DNA of 40,846 bases from a bacterium (lineage in GTDB: Bacteria; UBA9089; CG2-30-40-21; SBAY01): NCBI GenBank assembly GCA_040757115.1, contig JBFLYA010000006.1, forward strand, positions 1 to 40,846, given 5' to 3'. Under the pieces are notes generated by a model. It worked only from the letters and a program-made list of their open reading frames with translations. It searched no databases and was not told the origin of the DNA. This document shows, piece after piece, positions 35,801-40,846 of this stretch. A program made the position numbers and the translations under genes. Every line of letters starts with the position of its first letter. Within the stretch, counting starts at the first letter, position 1.

Positions 35801-38800
35801 CTATCCATATTCAGTTACCCCTGGAGATATTGACAATGATAAAGAAATGGAAATAATTATTGATTGTAGAAAATCTATATATGTATTAAATTCTGATGGT
35901 AGTGATTTTCCAGGTTGGCCCAAAGGAGGAAGGGAAAGGGGACCATCTTATCCAGTAATTGCAAATGTAGATGGAGATAAAGTCTTAGAGATTATAGAAA
36001 GTAGAGATGATATGAAGGGAACGGTCACTATTTGGAATAATGATGGGACTAATCAAACAGATTTGTTTTTGAAACCAGGGGATAAAAGGACATCACCCTT
36101 TGTTGTGGGAGATATGGATTTAGATGGAGATATAGAAGTAATCTGTGGTGGGGAGGATTATAAAGACTTAGGTCGGGCATTACCAAAGATTTACATCTGG
36201 GACTACTGGGGCAGTTGTACCGCTGGGGCACTGGAATGGCCGATGGCAAATCACGATATGCGCCGGACTAATTGCTATAATACAGATATTGTCCCCCCTT
36301 CTCGCATAACTGACCTTAAGGCGCTTAATCCCAAACCTACCTCTATTGACTTAACCTGGACTGCACCTGGTGATGACAAAGATAAAGGCTCTTCTACCTG
36401 CTACTACATCCGCTACGCTACCTGGACCATTACCCCACAAAACTGGCACCTGACTAATAAAGCTACATCCACTATTGTTCCCAAAGATGCTGGCTCTCCT
36501 GAATCTTTTACCGTCCCTAACCTCTGCCCAACTACCACCTACTACTTCTGTATTCGCGCCAGGGATGATGACTTCAATCTCTCCCCACTTTCTAATATCA
36601 CCTTTGAGAAAACACTGTCACCAGCAATGATTACCCTGATTTCACCTACAAGAGGTGTAGTAGGTAAGCGGGTTACTATTAGCGGGTGCAATTTCTACCC
36701 GACAGAGACCATTCGCATAGAATTTGGCAATACTACCACTATTGCTCTATCTACCTGTGTTGGTGGTTCTTTTACTACTACCTTTACCGTTAATGACCAG
36801 GGATTTGGCACGATAACCATTACTGCCTATGGACTTATTTCAGGATATGAGGCAAGGGCGTCCTTTTATATCACTGCCGTAGAATATTTTCTGTTTGCCA
36901 CAATTTCCTCTCCCCAAATAGCCGGGACAGGATTTCGAATAAAGATGACTGCTTATGATGAATTTGGTGATGTAGTGCTAAATTTCAAAGATAAAGTTGG
37001 ACTCTCTGACCTTTCTCAAACCATTCAACCTACTATCACCTCTAACTTCACTGATGGCATCTGGGATGGCACAGTTAGCATCACCAGAGCAGGCACGAGC
37101 GCGATTACTGCAGGTTACCAGAGTAAGACAGGCACAAGCAATCCATTTTATGTCTGGCCAGGCGAGCCAGTTAAATTCATCGTCTATCCTGAAAATCCTA
37201 TCTACATCCTGGCAGGGGGTTCAGTAAGCATCACTGCCCAATTAAGCGATGTTTATGGTAATGCGGTTGGGTCTGCAGGGATTAGTTGTAATTTAGAGGT
37301 AGTGGTGCTTTCTGGTAAAGCAGGAACACTATCTGCCACCACTTCTACTACCACCAATACCGGTCAGATAAACACTATTACCTACTGGGTTTCCCCTCAT
37401 GCCAACGATAAAGTCAGGATAAAACTCCTATCTACTCTACCACCTGCTACCTCCGGCACTATTACTACCACTTCTGGCGAATTAGCAATGTTCACCTTCG
37501 ATACTATTGCTACCCAGACTGCGGGGATGAATTTCCCCATTAAAATCACCGCCAGAGATGCCTACGAAAATCCTATCCCTTTTACCAGGACAGTAACTCT
37601 AATTGACTTCAGTAACAGCCTTAAACCTACACAGACTACTTCATTTATAGATGGTCTGTGGGCTGGATTTGGCTCTATCACCGTAAGAGGCACTACCAGT
37701 ATTACTGTGATTTATGGGGATATTCGAGGCACAAGTAACACCTTCTGGGTCTGTGGCGGCGAGGTAGAGTATTTTGTCATTAGCAGCATAACTACTCAAA
37801 CCGCAGGTATTAGTTTCCCAGTCAGCATCAATGCCTATGACCGCTGGAGAAATATTGCTGATATGTTTAACTCATCCGCCATACTAACTGATACCAGCCA
37901 CAGCATTAGCCCGACTAAAACCACAAACTTTAGCCTGGGCATCTGGGATGGCACAGCTAGCATCACCAAAGCAGGCACAACCACGATTATGGCAGGTTAT
38001 CAAGGTAAAACAGGCACAAGCAATCCCTTCTTTATTACCCCCAGTAGCCTCGACCATTTCTTAATCGGCACTATCACCAATCAAATTGCTGGGATAGATT
38101 TTCCTGTCGTCCTCACTGCAAAAGATGCCTACAACAATACAGTAAGCACCTTTACCGATAAGGTGCAATTGGAAGATACCAGCCTAACATTGAATCCAAA
38201 GATAACTGATAATTTTGTGGCAGGTATCTGGGATAGTATTGGCTCTATTACCAGAACAGGCACTACCTCGATTACAGCAAGTTACCAGGGAAAAACAGGC
38301 ACAAGCAATCCCTTCTTAGTTAGCCATAACATTCTTGCCCATTTTCTGATGGGGACTATTAGCAATTGTGTAGCAGGCGTTCCTTTTCCCATAACCATTA
38401 TGGCACAAGATTCTTACGGTAACACGATGCTTAACTTTAGTGATAAAGTCCAGTTAGAGGATAGCTCGCTGAGCTTGAATCCGAAGTTAACCACCAACTT
38501 TGTGGCAGGTATCTGGGATGGCATTGGCTCTATTACCAGAACAGGCACAACCTCGATTATGGCAGGTTACCAGGGGAAAACAGGCACAAGCAATCCCTTC
38601 TTAGTTAGCCATAACCGCCTTGACCATTTTCTGATTGGGACTATTAGCAATTGTCTTGCGGGCATTCCTTTTCCCATCACCATTATGGCACAAGATTCTT
38701 ACGGTAACACGATGCTTAACTTTAGTGATAAAGTCCAGTTAGAGGATACCTCACTGACCTTAAATCCGAAGCTAACCACCAACTTTATGGCAGGTATCTG

Positions 38801-40604
38801 GGATGGCATTGGTTCTATTACCAGAACAGGCACAACCTCGATTATGGCAGGTTACCAGGGAAAAACAGGCACAAGCAATCCATTTTTAGTCCAGGCTGGC
38901 AGTCTTTCCTTGATTAAGGTTATGCCAGGAAGTGTAACCTTGCTGCCTGATGAATCACAATTATTCACCAGCAGAGGCTATGATGGCAATGGGAATGAGA
39001 AAGAAGTGGGAAATGGGAAATGGGAAGTAGGAAAAGAGATAGGGAGTTTGAGTAATATTTTCGGCACAATGACCAGATTTACTGCTGGCACAAAGGCAAC
39101 ATCAGGCATCATCAAGGTAAGTGCAGAAGAAGTTATTGGCACGGCTAATATCCGAATTGTGCCAGGAAAACTGGCAAAGATAACCATTCTGCCCAAAGAG
39201 GTGGTGGTAGAGGTAGCCGGGACTTCCACATTTACCGCTTATGGATATGACAAATATGGGAATGAGAAAGAGGTAGGAAATGGGAAATGGGAAGTAGGAA
39301 GTGAACTGGGAAAGTTGACCAATGTTATTGGCACAAACACGACTTTTGTCGCCGGGACAAAACCAGGCAAAGGCACACTTACCTACACAGTAAGAGAAGC
39401 GGTTATGAACCTTCATCTCACAAATGAATCTGTCCCCCTCGGGATGTGGATTAAGGGGGAGGAAAGAAATAATCTCCCCGAGCCCCGAGCCCCGAATCCC
39501 GAGCCCCGAGCTCCGAGTCCCGAGTCCCGAGCCCCGAGTCCCGAGTCCCGATTTTCAGAGGAGATAATTGGAACAGCCAGCATAACTGTCAGGTCTGGTA
39601 GAGTCAGTCGATTTGACTTTGACCCGATTAACCATCAGATTATCAATACGAAGTTTGGCATTAAAGTAACTGCCCTGGATAGATACGGCAATCTGGCAAA
39701 TGATTACAACCAAACGGGTTATCTTACAACTAACTTTGGTCAGATAAAACCTACCGCTATCACCTTCAAAAACGGTATATCTACCGGCACAGTAATGATT
39801 GAGACTAACAAGGCAGGACCTGATGTCCGTATCAGTCTTAGAGCCGAGGCAATAGAGTCTCAGAGTAATGATTTTGCGGTGTTATACGATGACGCAAGTA
39901 ATGTAAAGGTTGAAGAGGGAGGCTTGAAGATAGACATTAAGTCTCATAGTGTAAGTAAAGATTATTACCTAAAGATAGATAAACCAGGTCTGGATGAGGA
40001 TGAGATTAAGATAGCGAATTTGCAGATGAATCATTATAACCCCGGATTTTGTCTGCTAACTGACACCATTATCCGTATAGTAGCTAAAGATGGGGATAAG
40101 AAACCGATAGAAGGTGATTTTGGGACACGAACGACCAGAATGATGATTTATTACCATCAGCCACCCAAGAATGTAGCCGAGGAGACATTGAAATTATACA
40201 TTCTGGATGAGGAATCAATTGAATCGAGGTGGGTGGAGATAGCCAATGCACAGGTCTTAATCGGAGGTAATTTTGTCTATGGCAATATACCGCATTTTGG
40301 GACATTTATTTTGATTGGGGAAGGGATACCGGCGGGTTTTGATGGGGTTGTGGTCTATCCGAATCCGTTCAAGCCAAGCCGCGGGGATGAAAATATCGTT
40401 TTTGAAGGGTTACCAGAGGATACCCAAATTCGCATCTACGACATCTCAGGTAGTTTAGTCAAAGATGAAGAAGGCAAACGCGCCACCTGGATTTGGGATG
40501 TTCGGAATAATTATGGGAAGAAGATAGATAGTGGGGTATACATCTATGTGTTGACCACTGGCGATGGGAAGAAGAAGACAGGGAAGATTGCGATTATCAG
40601 GTAA
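32835..40604 (+). CDS. giant secreted gingipain-like (peptidase C25) protein (2589 aa) with CARDB, FG-GAP/VCBS β-propeller, FN3, IPT/TIG, ~7 tandem Ig-like repeats, Big-like domains and T9SS-type C-terminal sorting domain
   Basis: Signal peptide. C25 catalytic block: DYLIITS...GHGVPFGWA (His) and LPVVLAAACDTACF (Cys). CARDB-like segment EVEPVDIRFNP.SPKPGQ...I.NLG. Seven DxDGDxxxE FG-GAP-like blades. FN3 (TWTAPGDD...YYIRYA...YYFCIRARDD). IPT (ISPTRGVVGKRVTISG.NF). ~96-aa repeats end in GTSNPF. C-terminus VVYPNPFKPS...IRIYDISGSLV......WDVRNN.G..IDSGVYIYVL. Confidence 0.88.
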   Translation: MLKKFILMLFILFPTISNAGNWVAFKEGITSPTKPEIIVVKEDASGITLDASILGMKVEARSTEHGARSVGTEIFQLLSIPGHEYSYTQEVGKPKLPFLQILLAIPDDVEINLSSISTSHFPLPTSYLIYPVPKQVIKTTPEGYKYIAEEFYIDEDFYKQDIWYPQEDKVITYHTSYLRDQRILYLQIHPIQFNPAKNQLQAYSNLKIEIKYMAKKGRSISLKQSKMAEPFANVLQKSVLNYLGYGSKDPHYFRAPKRIGTVTYPSILKSPNNSADYLIITSSSYYHNSDVARLAEHRAEFNGFDVAVVNTTSIYNEFPITDKGTTTSIKDFIRYVYYNWSAPSMEDNHLGYILIFGDGEETRDSYVPSKEIREIYPTIRNPVSDPWYACINDEDLDWSYWTVDIMIGRLPVETGTDAKTMVDKTIGYEKTPELGQWRNKILLVTGEDGLELTVIKDNYLLPAGFEVAETTRGDEVFNAIDSGQLLVSYSGHGVPFGWATNPAFSAEHDVSKLSNRGKLPVVLAAACDTACFQYDYDYVIGETFLTKENGGAIAYWGASDPTGANTDIFIIKAYQFIADYTPNTFYLGQITLNTYFQSLPQEWNLLGDPALTISRVGLEPGKAELEVEPVDIRFNPQSPKPGQQTNISAIIHNLGDIDAKDVLVQFFLGKPGEGGMEIGSKTIPAIKSNDQETAVIDWKQNLPIGEYPIYVIINPYNTILEAGTINNTTCKSIEINFYQEGYPKIPEGGFTIENSPVIGDVDGDEDLEVMACAGGYVYIWHHNGSPLNNWYKIIPDLATPSPPLLAEVDNDDGLEVIKNGGGGFYILRSDGSNLAGFPISGSNTSSPALGDIDGDGDLEIAIGMNNKFYLFHHTGELVKGDWPIDIAVNQNYHPMIADIDRDGHLEIIVLADKIYVFNSEGKLIPGQWPKSISGYIFTNGLAIGNIDNDDELEILIVTQEEPKIFLHALNYDGTNVTGYPKQVGGMDYDYPYSVTPGDIDNDKEMEIIIDCRKSIYVLNSDGSDFPGWPKGGRERGPSYPVIANVDGDKVLEIIESRDDMKGTVTIWNNDGTNQTDLFLKPGDKRTSPFVVGDMDLDGDIEVICGGEDYKDLGRALPKIYIWDYWGSCTAGALEWPMANHDMRRTNCYNTDIVPPSRITDLKALNPKPTSIDLTWTAPGDDKDKGSSTCYYIRYATWTITPQNWHLTNKATSTIVPKDAGSPESFTVPNLCPTTTYYFCIRARDDDFNLSPLSNITFEKTLSPAMITLISPTRGVVGKRVTISGCNFYPTETIRIEFGNTTTIALSTCVGGSFTTTFTVNDQGFGTITITAYGLISGYEARASFYITAVEYFLFATISSPQIAGTGFRIKMTAYDEFGDVVLNFKDKVGLSDLSQTIQPTITSNFTDGIWDGTVSITRAGTSAITAGYQSKTGTSNPFYVWPGEPVKFIVYPENPIYILAGGSVSITAQLSDVYGNAVGSAGISCNLEVVVLSGKAGTLSATTSTTTNTGQINTITYWVSPHANDKVRIKLLSTLPPATSGTITTTSGELAMFTFDTIATQTAGMNFPIKITARDAYENPIPFTRTVTLIDFSNSLKPTQTTSFIDGLWAGFGSITVRGTTSITVIYGDIRGTSNTFWVCGGEVEYFVISSITTQTAGISFPVSINAYDRWRNIADMFNSSAILTDTSHSISPTKTTNFSLGIWDGTASITKAGTTTIMAGYQGKTGTSNPFFITPSSLDHFLIGTITNQIAGIDFPVVLTAKDAYNNTVSTFTDKVQLEDTSLTLNPKITDNFVAGIWDSIGSITRTGTTSITASYQGKTGTSNPFLVSHNILAHFLMGTISNCVAGVPFPITIMAQDSYGNTMLNFSDKVQLEDSSLSLNPKLTTNFVAGIWDGIGSITRTGTTSIMAGYQGKTGTSNPFLVSHNRLDHFLIGTISNCLAGIPFPITIMAQDSYGNTMLNFSDKVQLEDTSLTLNPKLTTNFMAGIWDGIGSITRTGTTSIMAGYQGKTGTSNPFLVQAGSLSLIKVMPGSVTLLPDESQLFTSRGYDGNGNEKEVGNGKWEVGKEIGSLSNIFGTMTRFTAGTKATSGIIKVSAEEVIGTANIRIVPGKLAKITILPKEVVVEVAGTSTFTAYGYDKYGNEKEVGNGKWEVGSELGKLTNVIGTNTTFVAGTKPGKGTLTYTVREAVMNLHLTNESVPLGMWIKGEERNNLPEPRAPNPEPRAPSPESRAPSPESRFSEEIIGTASITVRSGRVSRFDFDPINHQIINTKFGIKVTALDRYGNLANDYNQTGYLTTNFGQIKPTAITFKNGISTGTVMIETNKAGPDVRISLRAEAIESQSNDFAVLYDDASNVKVEEGGLKIDIKSHSVSKDYYLKIDKPGLDEDEIKIANLQMNHYNPGFCLLTDTIIRIVAKDGDKKPIEGDFGTRTTRMMIYYHQPPKNVAEETLKLYILDEESIESRWVEIANAQVLIGGNFVYGNIPHFGTFILIGEGIPAGFDGVVVYPNPFKPSRGDENIVFEGLPEDTQIRIYDISGSLVKDEEGKRATWIWDVRNNYGKKIDSGVYIYVLTTGDGKKKTGKIAIIR
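38040..38890. repeat. three near-identical ~288-bp tandem coding repeats within giant gene 2
   Basis: Units beginning cattt(c/t)ct(a/g)at(c/g)gg(c/g)actat(c/t)a(c/g)caat and ending caggcacaagcaatcccttctt. The last two copies (38332-38619, 38620-38907) differ at only a handful of positions. Confidence 0.75.
39470..39552. repeat. 'cccgag(c/t)' simple-sequence array inside CDS (encodes PEPRAPNPEPRAPSPESRAPSPESR)
   Basis: ctccccgagccccgagccccgaatcccgagccccgagctccgagtcccgagtcccgagccccgagtcccgagtcccg. The same motif occurs intergenic at 20060-20095. Confidence 0.75.
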
Positions 40605-40606
40605 GG

Positions 40607-40704
40607 AAATGTAGGTAAGGAAATGTAGTGAGGGTCTTTAGACCCGTTTCATGGAAAGCTTGCATTTAAAAGGGGAACGCATCTAAAGATGCTCACTACA
40701 GATA
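40607..40704. mobile_element. MITE-like palindromic element family 3, intergenic copy abutting the stop codon of giant gene 2
   Basis: ggtaaggaaatgtaggtaaggaaatgtagtgagggtctttagacccgtttcatgg...gggaacgcatctaaagatgctcactacaga. The TAA stop (40602-40604) lies in the first 'ggtaagg' unit. Confidence 0.65.
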
Positions 40705-40846
40705 GAAAAAATTATATTTATTTTAATCCTGATAATCTGCGAAAATCTGCGTCCTATTAATTTTTGGAACACAGATGAACAGATAACACAGATTATATAT
40801 TCTCTAATTCACTAATTCCCATAAACCCATACCTTTGGGTTAAAAT

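Overview
This is a low-GC (~35%) bacterial window whose intergenic space is dense with short dispersed palindromic and simple-sequence repeat families. It looks like an uncultivated, candidate-phylum or FCB-like genome, and some repeat families extend into coding sequence.

The left third (1-12.7 kb) is housekeeping. It carries rsmD, a NUDIX hydrolase, aroK, ilvD, an AlbA_2/RecG-C regulator, a SurA/parvulin isomerase, purM, an SPFH/prohibitin protein and GTP-PEPCK pckG.

The right two thirds form an accessory cell-surface locus:
- An Rpn/PD-(D/E)xK-like protein with C-terminal tandem repeats.
- A secreted two-domain protein divergent from a secretin that carries an unusual CBM-like N-terminus.
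- A GC-rich four-helix-bundle cassette flanked by terminal inverted repeats.
- An ECF sigma / zinc anti-sigma pair.
- A 3215-aa β-helix/IPT/vWFA/PEGA adhesin with a T9SS-type C-terminal sorting domain, followed by a PorV/PorQ-like β-barrel gene. Two inverted copies of a ~190-bp MITE-like element bracket this ~11-kb segment.
- A small secreted protein.
- A 2589-aa gingipain-like (C25) protease with an FG-GAP propeller, FN3 and tandem Ig-like repeats, carrying the same C-terminal sorting domain.

The most notable observations are: the inverted MITE pair around the adhesin/PorV module; a palindromic MITE (duplicated in tandem) inserted in-frame into the adhesin and present again at the stop codon of the second giant gene; a secretin + PorV-like + CTD-cargo combination without canonical T9SS genes; and several candidate regulatory direct repeats.

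No rRNA, tRNA or CRISPR array was recognised.
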